Under the pieces are notes generated by a model. That model made no database searches and was not told where the DNA came from. It worked only from the letters and a program-made list of their open reading frames with translations. A DNA stretch of 64,000 nucleotides from Nemertoderma westbladi (Eukaryota; Animalia; Xenacoelomorpha), in the NCBI GenBank assembly GCA_032718475.1, contig JAUCBJ010002054.1:1-64000 (forward strand). Direction: 5' to 3'. Positions 46,054-57,202 of the stretch are shown piece after piece. Made by a program: the position numbers and the translations under genes. Positions within the stretch are counted from its first letter, which is position 1. The number at the start of each line of letters is the position of its first letter.

Positions 46054-49000
46054 ATGAGTCAAACAACAAATACCGACGTTCCGGTAACAGAACAATATGA
46101 GACTGCTGACGAGTCCAGTCAGCAATTAAACGTCACCACACCTGACGTAATTGAGACTATTAGTGCCCCTACCACACAGACAGTAGGTATCGTCCCTGCT
46201 TCTGGGTTTATAGTTCAGGGTGCTGCTCGACACCCTGATGATGAAATCCCTGATGCTGACAGCAGTGACGATAGTAACACATCCTTGAGGCATCCTACAA
46301 TTAATAAAAGTGCAGGTGGTTACATGGGTAAGGTAACCAAGGCGACAAATAAATTAACCAAATGCCTAGACAGTGGATCCTATGACCCGGCAGATTTAGC
46401 CAGAATGCTAGATGAATATGATCAGCTGTTACACGTGCAAACAATCAATTTACAGAAGTTGGTGAGTATAGCGACCAAAGAGAGACAGTTTAGAACTCTG
46501 ACATCCCTATATGATAAGTTGCAGGTAATTCGTAACCATTTTATAGATATGAATAAGCGTATAAATGTGCTTAGAGTAAATTACCGAGCTAGTTTGGAGG
46601 AGGGACCCGAAACCGAAACATTTGACTCTGAAGATTTTGAGCTAAATGAATGGTTTCAGGGTTTCAAGGGTAAGTTGGAGATATATCTTCATAAGAAGGG
46701 AGTGGTAGTACCTGGACTACCATTACCAACAAAGGAGAACGAAAAAACAGGTAAGATAACTGCTCATGTAGATGATAGTGTACCATCTCAGGTAAGTGGA
46801 AGGTGGTATCGACATAGCGAGTCAGTAAGTTCGCAGTCAATAACTGCATCGCAGCTGGACACAGTTAGAAGGTTAAGCGAAGATGGTCGCCGAACCGAGA
46901 TGGAGAAGTTACATTTTGAACAGAGCGAAGTGATACGAATAAGCACCGAGCTTGCGGAAGCTGAGTTGCAGACGATCACCCAAGATATTTCGCGCTTAAG
47001 TTTAGCAGGAGGCAGTAATATTTTGGACACCACAACTCGAGATGAAGCCACCAGGCGGGAGAGGGAAGCAAATGATCGTTTGCTAGAAATCGAGTGCGAA
47101 AGTGCCGAACGTGAGGCTCAACGCGCCCGAGCGGAAGCCGAAATTGAACACGCCAGGGCAGAGGCAGAACGTACCAAGGCAGATAAACTTGCAGCCATTG
47201 AACGGAGACGAATTGAGCGTGACACCAATGCTCAATTACAGCGTATTGCTGATGAGAATAAACGTCACGCACATGAACGGGAGATTGCCCGCCAAAGATT
47301 AGAGTTGAAGGAAAAACAAGAGGCATTGATCATCGATCAACGTCGAAAATTAGGGGAGCAGGAGCGCCACCGCAAAGCGAATGAATTAGAGGATAATCGC
47401 CGTCGCATAGCCATGCAGTTAGAAGAAGCCAAGACAGCTCTTCGATGTCAGCGCGCCGAGTCATTGTTAAGTGGGATAGACCATGTTGCATCTTCCATAG
47501 AACGATACAATCAAACTCACGATAAGAAGGGAATGGAATCTAAAGTCCATTTTATTGAATCTTTTCATCGCCAGTTTGCAGGGAAGGGCTGGGTTAACCC
47601 AGAAGACGATTCTCCACCCAGCGCAATTTTGGAGCAACGACAGACCAGTGGGTCTGCGAGGATATTGAACTCCACCAATAGTAAGTGGCCTGACTACCAG
47701 CAACACCCTCGTGACCCCAAACACATGGACCAGTTATCTCCACACCATTTGTTAGGTTGTAAGTGCATAGAATGCCAGCACATTTCACCCATTATAAGGG
47801 GCATTATAAATCCGGCAGATAATGGTGAGTCACGCGAGAATTTTAGGATGAAGGAGGACGAACAACTGGTGGATTGGGACTGTTCCCATGGTAACCGTAA
47901 CTTTAGACCCAACGAAACAACAGAACAACGTCAAGTTGGAATGTATCAATTACAACAAGCCATCCAAGAAGGCAACCAGAGGATGATACAAGAGGTAAGA
48001 GACATTAAGGATCAGGTTCAACATATTGAAGGTAAAGTAAATCAAGAGTTTGAGTCTGTAAAGTGGTCGGTTCAGGAAGTGCAGGATAAAGTAGATAGTA
48101 CTCAAAGAGAGCGTGAAAGGGTAGATATTCACACTCGAGAATTATCCGAGAATCTCCCTGAAGTAAACCCAACCACACTACCAAAATCCAAGGTTCAATT
48201 TCAAGCGATGGAATGTAACACAGATTCGGAGGAAGTATATGATCAATCATCGACTGCAAAAGGAATGTATCCGGGATCGAGACCGCACTTTCAATCTAGA
48301 ATATTTAAACCCGGCATGAAGTTTAACCAACAACCAAGAAATATTCGAGGTTCTTCAAATGTAGAAGGGAGTGGCTCAACGCCAGTATCAGTGATCGCAT
48401 CAGAGTTATCTAAATTTGGTGCGAGACAGAGTCTCCCTCCACAGCAACCACCTTGTTTCACTGGATTACCGAAACACTGGAGAAGTTTCATTCATTATAT
48501 AGATTCCTGTGTAGCGTCACAGGATTTTACATCACATGAGAAATTTTGTTATCTATACCAATTCTTAAAAGGGGAACCCAAGGAACTAGTAAGTACATTT
48601 GTGGGAGACGATAATGCCTTTGAATCTGCCTATGAGCGGTTAGTAACCACCTATGGTGGTAATGTTAGAATGGCTCGCTCAGTAGTTGAAGAATTGACAA
48701 AGGGAAATCCAGCCGTAACACCCATAGAAGTAGTGAAACTAGCCGATGCTATAAAATCAGCAATCAAGATTTTGCCAATATATGGGTGTGAGCATTACGG
48801 ATCCAGACCGGATATTCTACGAGACATTATGAAACGACTTACACTGCGCCATAGGCGAAAGGTAAGGGGCCTAGAAAGCCGAGTAGAAGCTAGGGGGGAA
48901 TCACTATCTATTAAACATATTTACGATGTAATATCAGCAGAAGGTGAGGCCGAGTTGAGGTCTAATTACCCTGAAGAGTATTTAGGAGTAGAAAGACGTC

Positions 49001-52000
49001 AGCAACTCAAATTTAAGAGCACAATGGTAAGTGCTGGTAACCCAGCATCATCATACACTTCCTTATCTGACCAAGAAATGACAAAGGTGAATTCGGCTGC
49101 GGGATATAGCGCCAAAATTAAAGTAGCGCCACCCATTGGACCCAAGGTAACTACAGTGCAACAATTGCCACCAGATTTTCGTGGATGTCAATATTGTCAT
49201 CAATTGACTCAGAAATCAAATGACCACAAGCTGGTAGGGTGCAACCTGTTTTCCAAACTCGATGTAGAGAAACGGCGTTTAGCCATTCGGTCGCTAGACG
49301 CTTGCTGGAAGTGTTTAGGCACTGGGCATAAGCGGCGGGACTGTACCACCTCTAGCGTAAGTAAGGGATGCGTTGACTGTGGTCGATTGCACCACAGATT
49401 ATTGCACACATCTCAACACACGCCTACTAAAAGATATCTACAGGACCATCCTAGAGTATTGACTAGACCTGCTAATACCACCAAGCGCAACGTAACGTTT
49501 GCCCAAACAACCGATTTTGAGACTAATTACCAATCAGGTTCATCAAGTGAAGGTGAATACGAGTACAGTGAAACTTCAGAACCAGAAATTTATGCAACTG
49601 ATTCGGAACCCAGCACCACCCTGCTAACTCGAACGCAGTCCGCTGCTTTCAGCATAATTCAAGTCAAAATTCAAGGTGAGTTTGGTTCTAAGCGCATATA
49701 TTGTCTATTAGATCATGCATCTAACCAAAGTTACGTTGATGAGGAAGTGGCAAGTGTGGTCGCAGACATGGAAAAAACCAAGTCGACACTAATGGAAGTT
49801 GGATCATTACATGGACAAAAGGAAATTCCCATCAAGTATGTGAGATTGACAGTAGATTCGTTGCTACCAAGAACCAAACAGACTACCACAGAACAACGTA
49901 TGTTACCAATGAAACATTTAAAATTTGCGGCTATACGTGATTTCACCCAACTATTGGGATCTGTGCCCATACCTGATAAGAAACAAAGGGAGTACTTTAA
50001 AGACTATAATATTCCCGAGTATCGCATAGATTATCGTAATGTATCAATGATCATTGGAACGGATCATTTCGATGCTCACAGAGTCCTAGAGAGTAAGCCA
50101 ACAAAGTGGAAGCCAGGTGAGCCATATTCTTGTAGAACATTGTTAGGATGGTACACTAGATTTCCTTTAGAATGGTTAGCTAACACTAATAACAAATCAT
50201 TTGAAATAGATGACTATCAAACTAACACAATGACGTCAGAAGTGAAACACCCTTCCGATTTTAATGATGAAAATGTATCCGAGATAGACGTAACTACAGT
50301 AGAGGAAAGTTGCTTGTTGACTAACCCACTCGGATTTCCGTCAGACACAGATTTCTATCACATTGATTCCCTGAAATTAATGGATGAGGATCCCAAGGAA
50401 GACGCAGAGGAAGAGGTTGGAAGGATGCATCAGGTGTTATTCGACCCTGATGAATATAAGAGGGACCATACTATATTGACCCTTTTTTGCAAAAATATAA
50501 CTGCCATAACCAAGCAGGAAGTATTAGAGACAATTAGAAATCCTAACATTATCGAGGATAGGAAACAATTAGCATATGATTATATTGATGAAGAAAGGAT
50601 GATGAATCATAAAGTATTACAATGGTTAGACCAAGATGCCGCAGAGCGAAATTGTTATGACAAAGCCCTATCCGCAGACGACCAACGGGCGATAGACATA
50701 ATGAACAGGACAACTAAACTATTAGATAATGGACATTATGAGGTAGGTATGTTGTGGCGAGAAGAACCACCTACACTGAAAAATAACTACCCACTAGCAC
50801 TAAAGCGGATGTTAGCAGTACGAAAGCGTCTGCTACGGGATGAGGAAATTCACAGACAATATCGTGCACAAATAGACGATTACTTGGAAAACGGATACGC
50901 AATAAAAATGGAACACCCTGAAGAGACAACACCACAAACTTACTACCTACCTCATCACTTTGTAGTTCACCCAGATAAACCGGGTAAGTTAAGGGTAGTA
51001 AATGACTGCAGGGAACAATACCTAGGAATGTCCTTAAATAGTGAACTGCTGGACGGACCCAATTTAAACAACAATTTAATTGGGATTCTCATCAGGTTCA
51101 GACAGCGAAACGTAGCTTTCACGAGTGATGTGTTAGCGATGTTTCACCAAGTGTTTGCACTAAAACAAGACCAAGACAGTCTACGTTTCCTGTGGTACCC
51201 CACTAAGGACTTGTCTGGAGAACCTGCGGTCTACCAGATGACCCGAAGAATATTCGGTGGACGAGACAGCCCCAATTGTACCTTACACGTTTTAAAACAA
51301 ACAGCTATCAATCAACGAGATAAGTTTAATGACATTGTTGTAGAAACAATTAAGAAGGACTTCTATATGGATGATGGGTTGAAGAGCATGGACACTGTAG
51401 AGAGCGCAATAGCACTGGCGCATGGGCTACAGGATTGTCTAGCAGGAGGAGGATTTAAACTTACCAAGTTTACTTCTAACTCCTCAGAACTCATAAACTC
51501 ATTCCCAGTGGAAGAACGAGGGGCAGGGAATATCGAACTAAAGTTCGAACCCATACCCACAGCAAGAGTCTTAGGTTTGGCTTGGGACCCAAACAAAGAT
51601 ACATTCTATGTAAGAGTTAAAGCACCCGTATATGAAGGGACTTTGACAAAGAGAATATGTCTATCGATGATGAGTCGATTGTTCGATCCACTGAGTTTTT
51701 TAAGTCCTGTGATTTTACAAGCCAGGCAGTATCTGAGGGAGATCTGGATTGCGGGTACTGACTGGGATGAACCCATTAGCGAGAGTTCAGCAAAGTTGTG
51801 GAGGAAGTGGGAAGAACAGCTCCCAATCCTCACAACATTACATATCCCAAGGGTCTACTTCCCTAGCCAATCAATATTCCCCACATCATTGGAGCTTCAT
51901 TGCTTCAGCGATGCGAGTGATACGGGCTTGGGGGTAGTTCTATATTTAAGACGAGAGGTGAGTAAAGGAGTTTTCGAGACATCATTTGTTACTTCAAAGG

Positions 52001-54471
52001 CCAAGACTGTGCCTTTGAAATACTTGGATGTTTCCCGTAGCGAATTACAAGCAGCAACCATCTCTGTAGGAGTAGCTAGAACCATCAAGAGAGAATTGGA
52101 AGCTGAATTGGAAACATTTTATTGGACGGACGCCACGTTAGTTTTATATTACATAAAAAGCGACAAAGTACAGTTTAAAACATTCGTAGCTAATAGAAGG
52201 GTCGAGATATTAGACACATCCACCAAGGACGATTGGAGATACTGCCCAGGTAACCAGAACCCTGCTGATAAAGCGTCACGTGGAATGATGCCAAGGGAAT
52301 TTTCTGATCCCAAGGTTACAGATTTCTGGTTACATGGTCCGGACTTCCTACAACAACCAAGAGAACGATGGCCACCAATATTCGATTGCAACGTTGGAAG
52401 TCTTCCTAAGGAGGCAGAAGTAAAGGTAGTGAAAGTAACTAAGTCAAAGGCTAAGGCTGAGAAAGTGATTAAACCTAGGAAGACGTATCATAAACGCGTC
52501 CGAGTAAACACGGATGTAAGTGAGTCCCAAATTAAAAATTTGGGGCGGAAAATGTTAGCAGATGCTAGAGGTATCATGATCGCTGAGAAAACCCAGGATT
52601 TTCTGGGAGACGTGGACAGGACCGATCTTTTGACCCAGTCAGCGCTTGTAACCCTACGGAGTTCACTCAGTACTGATCCAAAGCCAAATCAACCGGTGAG
52701 TTTGTCCAGACCAGTAAATGTTATATCAAGACCAATAGTAAATCAGTCTAGACTTCCATTGACCATAACCGAGACAAAAACAGACATTGACAATCCAAAT
52801 CTGATGGAAAATAAAATAAATATAGAAATTCCTAAAATTGTTCAGGTATCAGCTCCAAGACTATCGCGCAATGTTGTAAAACCATCTTTAGAAACTTCAA
52901 GGTCGGTTTATGACAGATTGCTTGTACTAAGTTCATCCTGGTTAGACATATGTCGTAAAGTAGCGTGGATTCGACGATGTATAAAGGTATTTCAAACTTG
53001 TAAAAACCCAATAAGCGAACGAATAAAGTTAAGGCCCGGTTTAACTTTACAAGAGATAGATTGCGCTGAACATCATTTATTAACACATTTCCAATGGAAA
53101 CACTTTGCGGGAGAATTCCATTTGATCTCCAGTGGAAAATCCATAAAGTCTTCTTCAACATTAATAAAATTTAGTCCAACAATCCATCAAGGTCTTTTAT
53201 GTCATAATTCAAGACTTCAGTCAACCAACTTCAAGACTGGATTTTTATTCCCAATCATTATTCCACCAGATTTCGAATTGCAAAGAGCAATAATACTAGA
53301 CGCACATCTTCGACTAAGACATGCAGGGCGATCACATTGTCTGTCGGACATTCGACAGCGGTTTGTCCTAATTAAACCGACAAATGCCCTCACTTCTGTT
53401 CTATCCAACTGTTTCGCCTGCAAAAAATTGCAAAGACGGTTGATGGAACAGGAAATGAGCAATCTACCGTTGGCAAGAGTGGAGGCTTATCAACCTCCAT
53501 TCACAAACACCGGCCTGGATTGTTTTGGACCAATTGAAACCAAACGTGCTCGCTCCATCGTAAAACGATGGGGTCTGATATTTATATGTATGGCCTGCCG
53601 CGCCGTCCATATCGAGCGTGTTGCAGATTTGTCGACAAATGCCCTGTTACTAGCCATAAGACGATTCATGGCAAGACGGGGTCAGGTAAAGGCATTCTAT
53701 TCGGATAAGGGTACCAATTTTGTGGGAGGCAATAATGAGATAAAGAAAACCTTTGACAAGATCGATTGTGACCAGATATCAAAGGAATTATTGCCCAACA
53801 GAGTCGAATGGCACTTTAATACAGTAGACAGTCCCTGGCGAGGTGGCAGCTGGGAAAGAATCATTCGATCTATCAAGCTTGCCATGTATAAGACTGTTCC
53901 TGTAAACAAAGTGCTAAACGACGATGAATTTGTTACCTTATTGGCCGAAATCGAGTCGATGTTGAATTCTAGACCCTTAACCATTATCACAGACAAGAAT
54001 GACAATAAGGTGACATTGACGCCAAATCACTTACTTATGCAAGCACCTACACCCTTACTACCAGTGTCTGTACATGACAGGAGAGATCTCTACAGTAAGA
54101 AAAGTTGGGAGGTTAATCAATATCTGACCAATAACTTCTGGGAGTTATGGATCAAATACTACCTACCGACTCTTTCACAAAGATCAAAATGGTATAAACA
54201 AACTCGAAATCTGAAGCGTGGTGACATGGTCCTCATCGCAGATGAGGACATGAAACGGCGCGAGTGGTTAACAGGGGTCGTTGTGAAAACACATCCATCC
54301 CAAAATGGAATAATAAGAACTGTTTCAGTTAAAAGTATCAAAAATGACCTTCTACTGCGGCCAATCCAACAATTAGTATTGTTGGAAGAAGCACGCTACG
54401 AACACGGGGACTATATCATCCCTAAGAAAAAGAAAGTTCAAAATGAAGCGGGCAAAGCGCCCACAAATTAA
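46054..54471 (+). CDS. BEL/Pao Gag-Pol polyprotein (2805 aa)
   Basis: Gag core and knuckles, protease LLDHAS, RT FYMDD, RNase H FSDAS..FYWTD..NPAD, integrase H/C zinc finger, GLDCFGP, YSDKGTNFVG, WERII, and C-terminal RPIQQLVLL, all in one uninterrupted ORF. Confidence 0.96.
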   Translation: MSQTTNTDVPVTEQYETADESSQQLNVTTPDVIETISAPTTQTVGIVPASGFIVQGAARHPDDEIPDADSSDDSNTSLRHPTINKSAGGYMGKVTKATNKLTKCLDSGSYDPADLARMLDEYDQLLHVQTINLQKLVSIATKERQFRTLTSLYDKLQVIRNHFIDMNKRINVLRVNYRASLEEGPETETFDSEDFELNEWFQGFKGKLEIYLHKKGVVVPGLPLPTKENEKTGKITAHVDDSVPSQVSGRWYRHSESVSSQSITASQLDTVRRLSEDGRRTEMEKLHFEQSEVIRISTELAEAELQTITQDISRLSLAGGSNILDTTTRDEATRREREANDRLLEIECESAEREAQRARAEAEIEHARAEAERTKADKLAAIERRRIERDTNAQLQRIADENKRHAHEREIARQRLELKEKQEALIIDQRRKLGEQERHRKANELEDNRRRIAMQLEEAKTALRCQRAESLLSGIDHVASSIERYNQTHDKKGMESKVHFIESFHRQFAGKGWVNPEDDSPPSAILEQRQTSGSARILNSTNSKWPDYQQHPRDPKHMDQLSPHHLLGCKCIECQHISPIIRGIINPADNGESRENFRMKEDEQLVDWDCSHGNRNFRPNETTEQRQVGMYQLQQAIQEGNQRMIQEVRDIKDQVQHIEGKVNQEFESVKWSVQEVQDKVDSTQRERERVDIHTRELSENLPEVNPTTLPKSKVQFQAMECNTDSEEVYDQSSTAKGMYPGSRPHFQSRIFKPGMKFNQQPRNIRGSSNVEGSGSTPVSVIASELSKFGARQSLPPQQPPCFTGLPKHWRSFIHYIDSCVASQDFTSHEKFCYLYQFLKGEPKELVSTFVGDDNAFESAYERLVTTYGGNVRMARSVVEELTKGNPAVTPIEVVKLADAIKSAIKILPIYGCEHYGSRPDILRDIMKRLTLRHRRKVRGLESRVEARGESLSIKHIYDVISAEGEAELRSNYPEEYLGVERRQQLKFKSTMVSAGNPASSYTSLSDQEMTKVNSAAGYSAKIKVAPPIGPKVTTVQQLPPDFRGCQYCHQLTQKSNDHKLVGCNLFSKLDVEKRRLAIRSLDACWKCLGTGHKRRDCTTSSVSKGCVDCGRLHHRLLHTSQHTPTKRYLQDHPRVLTRPANTTKRNVTFAQTTDFETNYQSGSSSEGEYEYSETSEPEIYATDSEPSTTLLTRTQSAAFSIIQVKIQGEFGSKRIYCLLDHASNQSYVDEEVASVVADMEKTKSTLMEVGSLHGQKEIPIKYVRLTVDSLLPRTKQTTTEQRMLPMKHLKFAAIRDFTQLLGSVPIPDKKQREYFKDYNIPEYRIDYRNVSMIIGTDHFDAHRVLESKPTKWKPGEPYSCRTLLGWYTRFPLEWLANTNNKSFEIDDYQTNTMTSEVKHPSDFNDENVSEIDVTTVEESCLLTNPLGFPSDTDFYHIDSLKLMDEDPKEDAEEEVGRMHQVLFDPDEYKRDHTILTLFCKNITAITKQEVLETIRNPNIIEDRKQLAYDYIDEERMMNHKVLQWLDQDAAERNCYDKALSADDQRAIDIMNRTTKLLDNGHYEVGMLWREEPPTLKNNYPLALKRMLAVRKRLLRDEEIHRQYRAQIDDYLENGYAIKMEHPEETTPQTYYLPHHFVVHPDKPGKLRVVNDCREQYLGMSLNSELLDGPNLNNNLIGILIRFRQRNVAFTSDVLAMFHQVFALKQDQDSLRFLWYPTKDLSGEPAVYQMTRRIFGGRDSPNCTLHVLKQTAINQRDKFNDIVVETIKKDFYMDDGLKSMDTVESAIALAHGLQDCLAGGGFKLTKFTSNSSELINSFPVEERGAGNIELKFEPIPTARVLGLAWDPNKDTFYVRVKAPVYEGTLTKRICLSMMSRLFDPLSFLSPVILQARQYLREIWIAGTDWDEPISESSAKLWRKWEEQLPILTTLHIPRVYFPSQSIFPTSLELHCFSDASDTGLGVVLYLRREVSKGVFETSFVTSKAKTVPLKYLDVSRSELQAATISVGVARTIKRELEAELETFYWTDATLVLYYIKSDKVQFKTFVANRRVEILDTSTKDDWRYCPGNQNPADKASRGMMPREFSDPKVTDFWLHGPDFLQQPRERWPPIFDCNVGSLPKEAEVKVVKVTKSKAKAEKVIKPRKTYHKRVRVNTDVSESQIKNLGRKMLADARGIMIAEKTQDFLGDVDRTDLLTQSALVTLRSSLSTDPKPNQPVSLSRPVNVISRPIVNQSRLPLTITETKTDIDNPNLMENKINIEIPKIVQVSAPRLSRNVVKPSLETSRSVYDRLLVLSSSWLDICRKVAWIRRCIKVFQTCKNPISERIKLRPGLTLQEIDCAEHHLLTHFQWKHFAGEFHLISSGKSIKSSSTLIKFSPTIHQGLLCHNSRLQSTNFKTGFLFPIIIPPDFELQRAIILDAHLRLRHAGRSHCLSDIRQRFVLIKPTNALTSVLSNCFACKKLQRRLMEQEMSNLPLARVEAYQPPFTNTGLDCFGPIETKRARSIVKRWGLIFICMACRAVHIERVADLSTNALLLAIRRFMARRGQVKAFYSDKGTNFVGGNNEIKKTFDKIDCDQISKELLPNRVEWHFNTVDSPWRGGSWERIIRSIKLAMYKTVPVNKVLNDDEFVTLLAEIESMLNSRPLTIITDKNDNKVTLTPNHLLMQAPTPLLPVSVHDRRDLYSKKSWEVNQYLTNNFWELWIKYYLPTLSQRSKWYKQTRNLKRGDMVLIADEDMKRREWLTGVVVKTHPSQNGIIRTVSVKSIKNDLLLRPIQQLVLLEEARYEHGDYIIPKKKKVQNEAGKAPTN

Positions 54472-55923
54472 TCACAAAATAATAACAAATTACATAATTG
54501 TGTATATGCAATTCCATGTAAGTTTAAAAAATACGAGTTCAACGTATATTGGGGCGGTGTATTCTGGAACCTGTAATTCCACTGCCTCATGTGTTATATT
54601 TGAAAAAATAAGTATGTTTTTTGTTGAGAATTCGTAAGCATTTAATTTTTTGAAAATTTAATTTATATTTAATTTATATAAAGTTTTCCGAAAATTAAAG
54701 TCTCTCCCTGAAATAAAGAAATAACAAACCTGGAACAAACAACACCAAAGTTATGTAGCGGTATAGCAAAAATTCAAACCAGCCATTAGATTCCCATATG
54801 TACAATTGGTCGATAATGCGACTGTCCAGAGTAGTGCGTGCTGTCGCGGCGTTGTTGAAACGGACCATGGGGCGGACCAACATGCGCACAGATCTTATAT
54901 TGGTTGTTTCATTCATAAAGTTGTGAAACATAATAATATCATATTCATCCATTCTGGCGTTTATTTTAATTGGGAGGGAAATTAGGTGTTCCCAAATTTA
55001 ATTTGACGTTAAAGGCTGACCTACCGAAAAAATTGTATCGACCAAGGTTGGGAAGGGAAATAAATTAACTTTGGGATTGATGATTCACAGTTAAATTGTA
55101 ATAAACCTATATCTCTACTTGGAATGTTATATACTACGTAATGATATGGCTGGCTACTATGTCTCCATTGTTAGCGACCATTATAATGAAATCGAACCGC
55201 TATTTGGTTGGAATTACCATAATTGTGTAAAGAAACCCTTCAATAGATCGGGATGTAGGAATGAAATTCTATATAAACATAAACAGCTCGTTGATTCTTG
55301 CGTCGAAGAAGTCATTGAGAAATGCGCGGCGACGGTTAAACCGGGAGCTGAATCCTATCCGAAGAAGGTTATTCGAAATGTACGGTCAGGACGGTGGTTG
55401 GCGCAACACAGAGACTTCCGGGGCCAAGTCTTGGGGCGTGGTAAAGCACAAAGGGATAGAACGCCATCTGCGGCGGCAGGTATAGCGATTGGTCATTGCC
55501 GATGTCGTAAACCTGCACGGGAAAATTTCCATATCTAAGAATCAAGTAAACTCTGAGACTCAAAGACATGTTTGCCCGATGCCCACCCAAGACCTGAAGG
55601 TGATACGATTTGCTCTATAATCAAAAAAAAAAAGGGGGGGGGGATATGTAAAGGGGATCCTGTTATTACATAATTATTGTGCATTCAGTAAATTTGCTTT
55701 ATTTTCAATGATAGTATATATTTTGTAAACTTGATTGCACTGTACAACAAATATGTGTTATTTCTTTGAATCATTTTCCTCCAACATATCATTATAGTGT
55801 TATTGTTTATAGTGTTACTAAGCAACCAGGCAATATGTTTGTCACCCGAAAGAAGATAAAATTATTATATTGAAAGAAAGGCTTTATTATCTTCATACTA
55901 TATTTAACACTTTATCTTGCGTA

Positions 55924-55985
55924 GCATGATAGCTCATTCGGTAGAGCGCCGGACTTTGAAAGTAATATGTCCAGGTTCGATTCTG
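55924..55985 (+). pseudogene. tRNA-derived (Lys-like) sequence within the E3 3' region
   Basis: GATAGCTCATTCGGTAGAGCG (A box/D arm), GACTTT, GTCCAGGTTCGATTC (B box); the acceptor and anticodon stems do not pair. Confidence 0.6.
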
Positions 55986-56306
55986 TAAGAAAGATAATTT
56001 TTTTTTTTTGCAAATTCAGCAGAAACTTTATTTTTTGATTTTTTATGATAGTCATTATGAATGAAGTATTTAAGTATATTTTAGAATTATTTTGTGTTCA
56101 TACGTCAAGACCCACCCGTCATGTTATGATAGTTTAATTTGGAATAAGTATTTTTAGTTAATTGAATTGTGCTTAATATAGGTCAGTTTAATTTGGAATA
56201 AGTATTTTAGAATTGAATTGTGCATAATATAGGTTATATGAAGGTTATATTTGGGGAAAACATCTTGCGACAATCATAATATCGCTGTTGATGTTTTCCG
56301 GGGCGG

Positions 56307-57139
56307 TGTTAAACTCTGTACGTACTGCAGTAGCAATACAGGAAAAAACTCATTTATTTTGTGCCAATACATTTCTACCTAAACGGGTGGCCCTTCTAAA
56401 TTGATTTAGATACTGTTCAGTTATGCGCATGCACCAGGCCCATTCCATGTAGGTGAAAAGAAGGGCGCTGTGATTGGCCATTTATCTGTTTGCTGGACGA
56501 ATAAGAAAGCTAGTAGCTTCTCATATCCAAGTAAAAACCGGTTTACTGAATTTTATGCAATATCAACGAGAACTTACTGGAACCGGTAAAAACCAGTTTT
56601 GTTATTATATGGTTGCAAAACAGACCTATATTCTTACAGTATTACTCTTCAAGATTTTATATTGAATTTGTTATTGATTGTATTGAATTTATCTTATATC
56701 CAATTCTGATTTTGTACCGTAAAATGTATTCGTATCTATAAATATGTATTAACCCCAATTATTTGTTTGTGTTGGTAATTTTGCAAATCAGTATGCGATA
56801 AAGACATCCAGTGATCGGTTCGGAATTAAAACCCCATTGTTTTAACATGAGAGGCACATTCTCCGTCTAATAATTATGGAGTGAGGAGGTCGAGCCGTAC
56901 CGGCCGACTGCAGGAGCCCAAAATGGATGGATGATGTTACACAACACGAGTGAAACATAAGGGCAGTAAGTTGGACTGGGCAAGCCACAAGGGGAGGGGG
57001 GTCTCATTAGGTTGATGTACACAATTCCATTAGGTTAACTGGTGCTTTAACTATTTCCTGTACTTGGGTTTGGGCCAAATTGAACCGGGATACCCCATCA
57101 GAATAACCACACAGGCATCACGGAAGTGCAAAGGGGAGT
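56307..57139 (+). repeat. Partial 3' LTR of E3
   Basis: Matches 43777-~44609 with several substitutions and indels. Confidence 0.9.
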
Positions 57140-57202
57140 TGTTTGTACTGGTCTGTCCATGTGGTGCCTTCCAAGCACATTGACATCACTTGTCCTAGAG
57201 TT

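Larger units (their letters stand above)
43777..57139 (+). mobile_element. BEL/Pao LTR retrotransposon E3, coding-intact, 3' LTR truncated
   Basis: LTR starts TGTTAAACTC at 43777 and again at 56307 after PPT GGGGCGG. Similarity between the two stops at ~44609/57139; there is no terminal CA and no matching TSD (CCCAT) on the right. Confidence 0.9.
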
